DNA of 64,000 bases from Spirochaetota bacterium. Its GTDB lineage: Bacteria; Spirochaetota; UBA4802; UBA5550. The stretch spans positions 2,048,001 to 2,112,000 of the forward strand of contig OY760686.1 in the NCBI GenBank assembly GCA_963663865.1, written 5' to 3'. The notes beneath the pieces are model-generated. The model did not search any database. It saw only the letters and a list, made by a program, of their open reading frames with translations, and had not been told where the DNA came from. Both the position numbers and the translations under genes were made by a program. Shown piece by piece: positions 19,728 to 28,695 of the stretch (positions are counted from its first letter, which is position 1; the number at the start of each line of letters is the position of its first letter).

Positions 19728-20393
19728 TTACCATTTTTTTTGAACTTGAAGCTCCCATCTTTTTTTTGATTTGCACACAGCCGTCTTAAATTGATTGCAT
19801 CCTAAAACCTCTGCGTGATCAATAGGACTTCTTCCGGATAAATCTCTCATATAAGGATTTCCACCGCTTTTTAGCAGCTCCAGCCCTGCTGCAGCCCTGT
19901 TGCGGTATGCCGCATAATGCAAAGGAGTAGCGCCATTGCTGTTAGAAGAATTAACCGCCGCCCCTCGGTTGATAAGAAGCCTGACAATTGCCGCTGAACC
20001 CGCTTCAGCGGCAAAGTGCAGCGGGCTCATACCGTCGGCATCTGCATAATCTGGTCTTGCTCCATTCTCCAGTAGAATTCGGGCAGCTTTATAATCATTC
20101 TGAAATGCTGCGAAGTGAAGCGGAGTCTGCAAACGTTCATTTCTGCAATTAGGATTGACACCTTTTCCAAGAAGCATTGAAGTAATGTCATCGCGCCCTG
20201 CAATAACCGACTTAAAAAGAAGACCCTCTCTGAATTTCTCCTTTTTTCCTTTTTCTGAGTGGCAATAGTTAACACTCAATAAAGATCGAGTCGGCCCGAC
20301 TGTATCAGCCCTCAAATATTGGATGCCTGTGGCATAAATGAATAACATTAAGATCGTCAGCCTGATAAAAGAGCAATAATAACGTTTATGCAT
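19728..20393 (-). CDS. Ankyrin-repeat protein with N-terminal signal/TM segment
   Basis: TPLHFAA, SPLHFAA, TPLHYAA, SPIDHA repeats. Confidence 0.9.
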   Translation of the reverse strand: MHKRYYCSFIRLTILMLFIYATGIQYLRADTVGPTRSLLSVNYCHSEKGKKEKFREGLLFKSVIAGRDDITSMLLGKGVNPNCRNERLQTPLHFAAFQNDYKAARILLENGARPDYADADGMSPLHFAAEAGSAAIVRLLINRGAAVNSSNSNGATPLHYAAYRNRAAAGLELLKSGGNPYMRDLSGRSPIDHAEVLGCNQFKTAVCKSKKRWELQVQKKW

Positions 20394-20398
20394 AAAGT

Positions 20399-21055
20399 TC
20401 AGTTCCCTCTTCTTAAAAGAATTCTAATCTGATTTTCGGAAGAAATCACTATTCCTTCAGCATTATTAAATTCATCAAAAATAAGTTCTTCGGGAAAAGA
20501 ATATGTCAGTATAGTCTTTTTATATTTTCTCAAAAATGAATAAAATCCTGAGCTCGCAAATCTAAAACCGCTTGCAAGAGAAGGTAATATATAATATTCT
20601 CCTCCATAATTTCTTTGCATTACATCAAGACCAAATCGATAATAGGCGTAAGAAATCAGGGCTTCAACCGGCGAGGAGATTGTCTTAACACTGACATCCT
20701 GTTTTCTTAACTTTTTTAATACTTTCTTTGTATTTCCAGAAATAATTATTCTATCTTTATTTTTTTTTAATTTAAAATTTTCAATTGGGAATTCCATATA
20801 ATTTCTAACATTCTTAATACGGAAGTTAAATAGAATTTGTTCATTTTCCTCAATTAAACGAATAATGATATCTTTCCCGGTCTCAATTCCATCCATATAT
20901 ATTTTTGAATCGATAAAGTCAATTTCAGTACTTAATATCAGTGTGTATTGAGATTTAAGATTTTGACTGTCAGATTCACTGAGTTTAAAATAAAGATCAG
21001 TATTCATTATCAATACTTTTGATGATTCCGTGTTAATATACATACCTAACTCCAA
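20399..21055 (-). CDS. Hypothetical protein (very AT-rich)
   Basis: 218-aa ORF, no recognised motif. Confidence 0.55.
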   Translation of the reverse strand: MELGMYINTESSKVLIMNTDLYFKLSESDSQNLKSQYTLILSTEIDFIDSKIYMDGIETGKDIIIRLIEENEQILFNFRIKNVRNYMEFPIENFKLKKNKDRIIISGNTKKVLKKLRKQDVSVKTISSPVEALISYAYYRFGLDVMQRNYGGEYYILPSLASGFRFASSGFYSFLRKYKKTILTYSFPEELIFDEFNNAEGIVISSENQIRILLRRGN

Positions 21056-21155
21056 AAAAAATGATACAAGTTGATGATGAATTGCTTTTTTTGATTGATT
21101 TATTATTATTTTTTTGCATAGAATACAGTATAAAATAATCTACAAGGTTAAATCT

Positions 21156-21704
21156 ATGGCACAGGCAACGTCACTACTAAAAGCTTACATGACAGAGAAC
21201 ATTCCGCCAAATGGAGGATTTATAGTATCAGCTTTTTTTGACTATTCATCCGCCTACACCATTTATGAAATTACCGCCTACAGAAATGTAAAAGATATTT
21301 TCCGCACTCAGACTGGAATTACATTTAAAACTGATGGAAACAGAACACATCTTCTTGTTGAGCCGCCAACTTTTCCCAAAAAGCACGAAGAACCGGTAAA
21401 CCGGGAACAGGGGAAATCAATACCATACAGATTCGCAGATATGGAAGTTGTCGATGGATCACGAAACGAAAAGATAATGATCCCACAGGAACCTTTAATG
21501 CTGTACTCGTCATTTACCATCCTGGAACACGGCTCCGGCAGCTTTGCGTTTATTTTTCATCCTACTCCTGACGTTTATGTCGCTATAAAAAAATTCATGG
21601 CGGACAGCCTTTACAACGACTGCAATCTTTCAAAAAGAGAGTCTCTCGTTATATCTGAAAAAATTCTCGGAACAGTGAAAAAGTTTTCAATATGGTCATC
21701 CTGA
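21156..21704 (+). CDS. Hypothetical protein
   Basis: Open frame filling the gap to queA; ATG 21156 after AAGG. Confidence 0.7.
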   Translation: MAQATSLLKAYMTENIPPNGGFIVSAFFDYSSAYTIYEITAYRNVKDIFRTQTGITFKTDGNRTHLLVEPPTFPKKHEEPVNREQGKSIPYRFADMEVVDGSRNEKIMIPQEPLMLYSSFTILEHGSGSFAFIFHPTPDVYVAIKKFMADSLYNDCNLSKRESLVISEKILGTVKKFSIWSS

Positions 21705-21708
21705 CCGT

Positions 21709-22740
21709 TCATAGTATGAGCATTGAGTCGCCGTAAGAAAAAAAACGATATTTTTCATTTACGGCCTCCTTATAGGCATCCATTATAGCATCATACCCGG
21801 CAAATGCCGAGACCAGCATTAAGAGTGTTGAATAAGGGGTGTGAAAGTTTGTAATTAACGCGTTTATTGACTCAACCCTTCGCGGCGGATATATAAAGAT
21901 GTCAGTCTCACCTTCTCCCGGAACATTGTTTTTCCCGTCGAACGTTGCCTCAAGCACTCTGAGCGATGTGGTTCCAACAGCCACTATCCTTCGGCCTTCT
22001 CTTCTGGCCGAATTAATTCTTTCAGCCGTATCACAAGAAAGATTGTAAGACTCAGTGTGCATTTTGTGGATTGCGAGGTCTTCCTGTCTGACTGGTTGAA
22101 ATGTTCCCCATGATACATTGAGAGTTAAGAATAGTGTTTCCACACTCTTCTCCCGAATGTTATGAAGAATGTCATCAGTAAAATGCAGGCCGGCAGTTGG
22201 AGCCGCAACAGCTCCCGGGACTGTGGCGTAAACAGTCTGATAGCGGTCAGAATCCTCTTCAGTAGTATCTCTTTTTATATATGGGGGCAGAGGAACACTG
22301 CCAATTTTTTTAAGCACTTCCTCATTTAATGCAGTTTTAGTCGAAATTATGAACTTTTCATCTTTTCGTTCTTTTATGATTAGTGCAATATCAGGTACTA
22401 CATCTGATTTCAGTGACTCGCCTACACGTAGTCTTGCGGTTCTATTTGTTATGATTTCCCACTCATAATCTGAAATTCTTTTTGTGAGGATAATCTCAAC
22501 CCTGGCACCTGTCTCTCTTCTAAAGAAAAGGCGAGCATTAATAACCCTGGCATTATTAAAAACAAGCAAATCACCTTCTTTAAAATAATCAGTTATTCGG
22601 CAGAATTGTGAGTGTTGAATGGCACCTGAAGAGCGTTCAAGAACCATCAGTCTTGATCCAGCCCTTACATCTGAAGGTCTCTGGGCTATCAACTCTTCAG
22701 GTAAATTGAAGTTAAAATCACTGAGCGTGTATTGTCGCAT
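21709..22740 (-). CDS. queA: S-adenosylmethionine:tRNA ribosyltransferase-isomerase
   Basis: LPEELIAQ, PLPPYI, YQTVYA, AAPTAGLHF, AVGTTS, TNFH, YRFFSYGD. Confidence 0.97.
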   Translation of the reverse strand: MRQYTLSDFNFNLPEELIAQRPSDVRAGSRLMVLERSSGAIQHSQFCRITDYFKEGDLLVFNNARVINARLFFRRETGARVEIILTKRISDYEWEIITNRTARLRVGESLKSDVVPDIALIIKERKDEKFIISTKTALNEEVLKKIGSVPLPPYIKRDTTEEDSDRYQTVYATVPGAVAAPTAGLHFTDDILHNIREKSVETLFLTLNVSWGTFQPVRQEDLAIHKMHTESYNLSCDTAERINSARREGRRIVAVGTTSLRVLEATFDGKNNVPGEGETDIFIYPPRRVESINALITNFHTPYSTLLMLVSAFAGYDAIMDAYKEAVNEKYRFFSYGDSMLIL

Positions 22741-22741
22741 A

Positions 22742-23908
22742 TTATTTAATAAAGGAATTGTTTTTTACTCCAGTTGCCCTGTTTAGCTTTCTGATGTCAA
22801 CTCCCTTGTAATAAAATGTAAGTATCTCTTTGAAATTTTTTCCGGTGAGCGCCATTCCTCTTGCTCCCCACTGGCACATTCCCACACCATGCCCCCATCC
22901 ATGTCCCTCTATTCTAAGACCGTTATTATCTACTTTAGACTCGAATAAGAGACTTTTGATTTTTTTTGGATCCATTAAAAGTCTGAATTCATTTCCAGTC
23001 GTTGACGCAACACCGTTTTCATGCCTTATTCGTACATCAACAACCCTGCCATCCTTTTTTTTAAATGATATGTTTTGAATTTTCCCGACACTTGGGAATT
23101 TATTTCTCATAGCATACTTCAACTCGTACAGAGAAAGGGTATATGACCAGTTAAAATGTTTTGAATCTGAACAGTAGTTGCAATTGACTGATTTTAAATA
23201 AGGCACCCCGTCACCAGACCATACGTATCTGGAGTCCGTTGTTTTCCCTCCGCATGTTGAATGAAAATATGCCTGAATCGGCTCATAATTGTATGTTATT
23301 ACCATGTCGCGGGTTTCATCAACTGCCTTACTCGTAGCCTCATTTTCTGAAGCAATACCTTTATATACCTGGGAGTTTGTACATGACTCAAGGTCATACA
23401 GGTCGGAACTTTTTTTCTGCATATGGAATAAAGCATATGTTCTTGCGGCTACTGCCTGAGCCTTGAGGGATTCGACCGGCCAGCTATTCGGAATCTCTGA
23501 AGGTACAACGCTTTTGAGATAATCATCCATCGAGACTAAATTTATTACAAGCATCTTGCCAAGATGATTCCTTATCTCAAATCGTCCCCGGTATTTACGC
23601 CCGTTTAGAGACAAAGGAGAATCCCATCCATCTACAACAATGACTCCGGATAGTTTTTCCGGATGAATTGCAATCTCACTGGAATTTGAACTTTTTAATA
23701 TTTTTCCGGAAACTGAATCGGTGATTCTGAACTTCCCATTACAGGCAACTGAAATACGTCTATCAGTCTGTTCGATAAGCACCCTGACAATATCTTTGCC
23801 TGATATTTCCGGGATTCCTTTCTCCCTCAGATATTCACTGCTTGGAGTACAACTGATATATATAGCTGTGAATAATAAAAAATAAATCCGTATTGTCCAT
23901 TTTAACAT
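22742..23908 (-). CDS. SpoIID/LytB-domain lytic transglycosylase, probable lipoprotein
   Basis: YLKSVVPSE, LKAQAVAARTY, QVYKG, FHSTCGG, GWGHGVGMCQWGA. Confidence 0.92.
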   Translation of the reverse strand: MLKWTIRIYFLLFTAIYISCTPSSEYLREKGIPEISGKDIVRVLIEQTDRRISVACNGKFRITDSVSGKILKSSNSSEIAIHPEKLSGVIVVDGWDSPLSLNGRKYRGRFEIRNHLGKMLVINLVSMDDYLKSVVPSEIPNSWPVESLKAQAVAARTYALFHMQKKSSDLYDLESCTNSQVYKGIASENEATSKAVDETRDMVITYNYEPIQAYFHSTCGGKTTDSRYVWSGDGVPYLKSVNCNYCSDSKHFNWSYTLSLYELKYAMRNKFPSVGKIQNISFKKKDGRVVDVRIRHENGVASTTGNEFRLLMDPKKIKSLLFESKVDNNGLRIEGHGWGHGVGMCQWGARGMALTGKNFKEILTFYYKGVDIRKLNRATGVKNNSFIK

Positions 23909-23948
23909 CTAAAAGGCATTCTCCATTCGAAACATAATCATTTTAAAA

Positions 23949-24842
23949 CTATCCTTTCGGATGAAAACCTCTGTGAATATCCTGGAGCTTTTCTTTTGCA
24001 AGATGCGTATAAATCTGAGTAGTAGAAATATCCATATGACCGAGCAGTTCCTGCACCGAACGAAGATCTGCACCGTTCTCAATAAGATGTGTCGCAAATG
24101 AATGTCTCAATGTATGAGGTGTAATGTTCTTTTTTATTTCAGTTCTTACAACATAGTTCTTCAATAAACGCCATACCGATTTTCTATTTAACATTGACCC
24201 TTTTTTACTTATAAACAAGTACTCACTTTCCCTTGTTCCAAGTATATCCTGCCTTGAAAATTCAATATATTTATTCATTAACCTCTTTGCTTCTTCATTT
24301 ACGGGAACGATTCTCTCCTTGTCGCCCTTTCCTGTAACACGTATATATGAATTCTGGAAATCTATATCATCCCATGTTAATTCTACGGCTTCAGTTATCC
24401 TCAATCCAGAAGAGTAAAGAAGTTCGAAAATCGTTTTGTCCCTGAGCTCATATGGATCATTTTCCGAGATTGATGAAAACAGCCTTTCAATTTCAGCTAT
24501 TGATAAAAAGTCGGGCAATGTTTTTTCTATGTGAGGTGATTCAATTTTTGAAGTTGGATTTGTTACTGTCTTATCAACATCAGAAATAAAATTGTAAAAC
24601 TGCCTGATTGCGGCCAACGACCTTGCAAGAGTCCTTGTGGAATTCTTTTTTTTATTTTTCTCGAATCTGAGGAACTGTTGAACATCTTCATGTGTCGCAT
24701 CCATGATATCCCTGTTTCTTGCAGTGAGATATTCGCTGAACTTTTTTAAATCATAAGTATACGAATATATTGAATTCTGTGAAAGGCCCTTTTCTATCTG
24801 CAGAAACCGTTTAAATCTGTTAATCGCCTGAACTTCTTTCAC
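23949..24842 (-). CDS. xerD: Site-specific tyrosine recombinase XerD
   Basis: LYSSGLRITE, GKGDKER, TPHTLRHSFATHL, VQELLGH, TTQIYTH; GTG 24842 follows GGAGGA. Confidence 0.9.
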   Translation of the reverse strand: MKEVQAINRFKRFLQIEKGLSQNSIYSYTYDLKKFSEYLTARNRDIMDATHEDVQQFLRFEKNKKKNSTRTLARSLAAIRQFYNFISDVDKTVTNPTSKIESPHIEKTLPDFLSIAEIERLFSSISENDPYELRDKTIFELLYSSGLRITEAVELTWDDIDFQNSYIRVTGKGDKERIVPVNEEAKRLMNKYIEFSRQDILGTRESEYLFISKKGSMLNRKSVWRLLKNYVVRTEIKKNITPHTLRHSFATHLIENGADLRSVQELLGHMDISTTQIYTHLAKEKLQDIHRGFHPKG

Positions 24843-25032
24843 CTGGCAAATCCTCCGGAAATATTTTTCCACTCCTCATATTAACTTCATTCAGGGCAGG
24901 TATTATGTCTTTTTAACAGGTCCATCTATAATTAGGCCTGCTGCCTTTCCTGACAAAGATGTAGAAAATTTTATATCATATTCCGGAAGAACATACCGGA
25001 TAGGCGGTTTTCTCCGCCGTGTTTCATTTAAT

Positions 25033-25060
25033 ATATCGGTAACGGCGGATTATGTCTTAA
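25033..25060 (-). promoter_or_regulatory. Putative sigma28-like promoter TTAA-N16-ACCGATAT upstream of xerD
   Basis: Motif similarity and shared spacer with two other sites. Confidence 0.45.
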
Positions 25061-25102
25061 TAAGGGTATGTTATTTTTTATGAAGTTGAATTGGTTGAAT
25101 TA

Positions 25103-25831
25103 CTACCTGGGGTGTAATATTTTTTTACGACGTTTTCTGACTTTTTCATCCTTTATTATCTGCCCGTCTTTAAAGACAACATTGCGTTTTGTAAACTCTG
25201 CAACGTCGGATTCATGCGTGACCATGATTATGGTTATCCCTAAATCCCTGTTAAGATTAGTAAAAAGGTTCATAATCTCTTCAGTATTTTTACTATCGAG
25301 ATTACCGGTAGGCTCGTCAGCAAGAATAATCGCCGGGTTATTCACAAGGGCTCTGGCAATAGCAACCCTTTGTTGTTCTCCGCCCGATAGTTTGTTTGGA
25401 TGATGGTGCTCTCTTCCAGACAGGCCGACCATGGACAAAAGCTTGCTTGCCCGCGCCTTCATTTCGATCGAAGTTACGCCGCCATTATAGAATAGCGGAA
25501 GCTCTACATTCTCAATGGCACTTGTCCTTGGCAGGAGGTTAAAGCCCTGAAAGACAAAACCAATCTTTCGATTTCTAATTTCCGCTTTCTGGTCAGCGGA
25601 AAGAGAACTGCCGTCAATCCCGTCAAGGATATACCTTCCGCCTGTAGGAGTATCAAGGAAACCGAGTATATTCATAAAGGTAGATTTTCCGGAACCGGAA
25701 GCCCCCATAACAGCAATGTACTCTCCCCTCTCAACTTCGAGCGATACTCCGCGTAAAGCCCTGACTACGACCTCCTCGCTTAAAGCGAAAGATTTGTGAA
25801 TATCGTCAATTTTTATTATTACATCACTCAT
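25103..25831 (-). CDS. ABC transporter ATP-binding protein (MacB/LolD type)
   Basis: GASGSGKST, IGFVFQ, LSGGEQQRVAIARAL, ADEPTGNLD, VTH. Confidence 0.93.
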   Translation of the reverse strand: MSDVIIKIDDIHKSFALSEEVVVRALRGVSLEVERGEYIAVMGASGSGKSTFMNILGFLDTPTGGRYILDGIDGSSLSADQKAEIRNRKIGFVFQGFNLLPRTSAIENVELPLFYNGGVTSIEMKARASKLLSMVGLSGREHHHPNKLSGGEQQRVAIARALVNNPAIILADEPTGNLDSKNTEEIMNLFTNLNRDLGITIIMVTHESDVAEFTKRNVVFKDGQIIKDEKVRKRRKKILHPR

Positions 25832-25832
25832 G

Positions 25833-26936
25833 CTATTTTTTCTCAATCTTAACCAGAACCTGGTCGCCCGGTTTTATTCCTGATACTATCTCTGTGTACA
25901 TATCTCCGGCAAGCCCCTGCGCAACAGGTACTTTTTTTGCCGGCTCTTTATCAATCAAACTGTCATTTCTAAGCCACAAAACCTTTTCATCAGCTTTCTG
26001 AAAGGAAAACTCAGGTGCTACGATAAATGCCTGGTTTGGTACCCTGAGCACATTATTTTTCCTGGAGACTACAATTGTAGATGTCGCAGTCATTCCAGGT
26101 TTCAGCAGAAGCTCGGTGTTATCACAGAGAACATGTGATTGATATGTTACAAGTCCGCCGCTTTGCTTAAAAGGATTAATTGAAACCATCTCAATATCCC
26201 CGTAAAATTCCTTTTCAGGGAATGCGCTTACCGTAAAAATAACCTTTTGCTTCTTCTTTACATTACCGATATCGGCCTCATCAATATTGATTACAAGGAG
26301 CATCTTTGTCAGATCTGGGGCTATTACAAAAGCAGGTGTTCCAGCCTGTAAAGCAGCGTTTTCAATTATGTCGACAGCGAGAACAACTCCTGAAATAGGT
26401 GATACAATCCTTGTTTCCTGCTTATGCCTTTTCATTTCATTTAAGTCAAACAGTGCAAGCTTGTATTCATACTGCGCTTTTTTGTATTCAAGCTCTGTCT
26501 GTTCAAGGTCTTTTTTTGATATAAGCTTGTCCTCAAACATGCTCTTCTTGCCTTCAAATCTTTGCTTTTCAGCCATAAGCTGAAGATTCTTGTTCTCAAC
26601 ATTCATTGTCTGCCGAAGAATCTTTTCTGATATTGAAAGGCTTTCAAATGACGCAAGGAGCTGCCCTTTTTGAACGCGCTGCTCAGCTTCAACATAGATT
26701 TTATCGATTATTCCATTTATCTTCGTAAGGACAGGCTCAGCCCCTTTCACCTCAAGCACGCCGGTGGCAGAAATAGTCTTTACGACCTCGCCTCTCGCAG
26801 CCTTTTCAAAGGTGTATTCATACTCTGATTCATCCCCGCATCCATACTTAACCAAAAGAACAAGAAGAGCAAGAGATATAAGAGTAATAATAATCCTGGT
26901 AATTCTATGCTTTAAAATTCTTTTTAATATTGACAT
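25833..26936 (-). CDS. Efflux periplasmic adaptor subunit (MacA-like MFP)
   Basis: N-terminal TM, ISATG, V.KGQLLA, IVSPISG, IDEADIG, LLKPGMTA. Confidence 0.9.
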   Translation of the reverse strand: MSILKRILKHRITRIIITLISLALLVLLVKYGCGDESEYEYTFEKAARGEVVKTISATGVLEVKGAEPVLTKINGIIDKIYVEAEQRVQKGQLLASFESLSISEKILRQTMNVENKNLQLMAEKQRFEGKKSMFEDKLISKKDLEQTELEYKKAQYEYKLALFDLNEMKRHKQETRIVSPISGVVLAVDIIENAALQAGTPAFVIAPDLTKMLLVINIDEADIGNVKKKQKVIFTVSAFPEKEFYGDIEMVSINPFKQSGGLVTYQSHVLCDNTELLLKPGMTATSTIVVSRKNNVLRVPNQAFIVAPEFSFQKADEKVLWLRNDSLIDKEPAKKVPVAQGLAGDMYTEIVSGIKPGDQVLVKIEKK

Positions 26937-28291
26937 AAGAGTTCCTCTTTCACACCGATCAGTTTTGATATCGTAGCAAGGGTCATAAGGTACTTGTATT
27001 TCACTGAATAGCTGGTGAGCTTTGACCTGATAACACCGGCTTCCGCGTCATTTAGATCCAGCAGAGAACCTTCCCCGTTTTCGTAGCTTTTGCGGGCGAG
27101 AAATACATGCTTACTTGAATTTTCGATTACCATATTCGACATGTCATACTGTTTCCTCAACTCCTCAAGGTCCTTAATAAGAACCTGTACCTGGGTTTTG
27201 ATCTTGTTGTGAATCTCCCTTTCGCGGTACAGCGATTTATTGTATTCCGCGATGGCGGCTTCAACCTTTGCCGAAATAGCCCCGCCGTAGTAAAGAGGCA
27301 GACCGGCGACAAGATTTCCAAAAAAAGTCGGCTCCCAGTTATTTGTATTAAGGTTATCAGAGACATTGCCTGAATTATTTATGCCCGCAACCTTTCTATT
27401 TTCAAGTCCAAGCCCCAGCTCGATTGAAACAGACGGCTTGTGGAGTGATCTGGCAGCCTCTACCTGTATTCTCTTGACCCTTGTGTCAAGAGAACTCGTC
27501 TGAATATCCGGATTGTATAACAGGGCAAGTTTTGTAAGTTCGTCTTCATTATACTTAACAAATGGCAGCCCATCCGGGTCTACAGGCTCTATTCCAGGAG
27601 CGTCCTTTTCTACAAGCCCCATAGCCATGTACAACCCTGCTCTTTTAAGGCGCGCATTGTTTCTTGCCTTTTCATACTCCAGCATGGCTTCGGCCACGTT
27701 CATCTCAGCTTTACTCAGGTCAAGAACCGGTCTTAATCCATTTTCATATAGTTTCTTCGAAAGCGCTAATTTCTCACGTGATTTATCAAGCAATTCAGCC
27801 TTGAGGGCTACTTCATTCCCCGAATAGAGGTATTCGAAGTAAGCTTCCTTTAGATTATAAATAACCTCATCGGTGGTTTTCTGCATCTGCATTTTTCCTG
27901 CACTAACCTGAATCTCGGCGGCCTGCTCATCCCACTTCTTTTTCGGATCATACAGATTGTATTTCGCATAAAGTCCGGAAAAAAGAGCTATATCCGTATC
28001 AACACCAGGTATGGAAACGAGAGAAGTAGTCGAATCTTTGGCGATTTCACGAGTCTTGAGAACTCCGTCTATCTTCAGACTTCTCTCCCCTTTTTTTACC
28101 TGATAGTTAGCCCTGCTGTATCTCATGTCCTGTTCAGCAACAAGCTGATCGGGGTGATTCTCCAATGCAATTTTTATACATTCAGAGAGGGTTATCTCCC
28201 TTGTCTTTGAACCGGAAAACAATGCACTGGATGCCAGTATAATCGTAATAAAAAACAAGGTTATGACAATAGTATTATTTCTGTTAAGCAT
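26924..28291 (-). CDS. TolC-family outer membrane efflux protein
   Basis: Signal peptide, ITLSECIKIALENHP, two OEP repeats (YENG...LDL). Confidence 0.88.
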   Translation of the reverse strand: MLNRNNTIVITLFFITIILASSALFSGSKTREITLSECIKIALENHPDQLVAEQDMRYSRANYQVKKGERSLKIDGVLKTREIAKDSTTSLVSIPGVDTDIALFSGLYAKYNLYDPKKKWDEQAAEIQVSAGKMQMQKTTDEVIYNLKEAYFEYLYSGNEVALKAELLDKSREKLALSKKLYENGLRPVLDLSKAEMNVAEAMLEYEKARNNARLKRAGLYMAMGLVEKDAPGIEPVDPDGLPFVKYNEDELTKLALLYNPDIQTSSLDTRVKRIQVEAARSLHKPSVSIELGLGLENRKVAGINNSGNVSDNLNTNNWEPTFFGNLVAGLPLYYGGAISAKVEAAIAEYNKSLYREREIHNKIKTQVQVLIKDLEELRKQYDMSNMVIENSSKHVFLARKSYENGEGSLLDLNDAEAGVIRSKLTSYSVKYKYLMTLATISKLIGVKEELLCQY

Positions 28292-28511
28292 TATCCCTGC
28301 TCGTCATATAGTTTTTGGATATTATTTTTTATGAATCATCTTCGATTTTTTCACTTTAAGTCAATAAATTATCTATTCCACAATTCATCAATTACTTTTT
28401 AAACCTTGCATTTTTTGAATTTTCCGTCAAATATAATAACAAACTGAAAAGATATTGACATATGCCTTTAATTAAAAAAATATAACTCATCAACTGCAAT
28501 GGAGAGAAGCA

Positions 28512-28556
28512 ATGCCTGATCCCTTATGTCGCTTTTTTGACAAGGATTTCTGTTGA
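28512..28556 (+). CDS. Putative MgtL-like leader peptide MPDPLCRFFDKDFC
   Basis: GGAGAG RBS at 28501, ATG CCT GAT CCC...TGA, in the 5' leader of mgtE. Confidence 0.6.
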   Translation: MPDPLCRFFDKDFC

Positions 28557-28576
28557 GGACCTGCCGCTGAATATAA

Positions 28577-28695
28577 TTCTCCGTCTGGGTTCACCACAGA
28601 ACCGGGCCGGAGGTCATCAAGCCTCCTTTCGGCTGACATGGACTACTACAATTCGAGTCATTGCCGTGTAAACAGAATTAGTACGGAGGCTGATG
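28577..28695 (+). promoter_or_regulatory. Structured mgtE leader with competing helices and anti-Shine-Dalgarno
   Basis: CTCCG(28579)/CGGAG(28608) stem; CATCAAGCCTCC (28615-28626) complementary, with one bulge, to GGAGGCTGATG (28685-28695). Confidence 0.6.

Noticed and set aside
23949-24842. Tyrosine recombinase as a marker of a mobile element
   Set aside because: Size and motifs are those of housekeeping XerD; neighbours are core genes, with no att repeats or phage/IS genes.
28638-28694. ORF-track start of mgtE at ATG 28638
   Set aside because: No RBS there; GGAGG precedes GTG 28695, where MgtE-like sequence begins.
28490-28695. M-box (ykoK) riboswitch before mgtE
   Set aside because: I could not find the M-box conserved core (GGTGAGGCTCC...); the leader peptide/anti-SD model fits better. 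An Infernal search would settle it.
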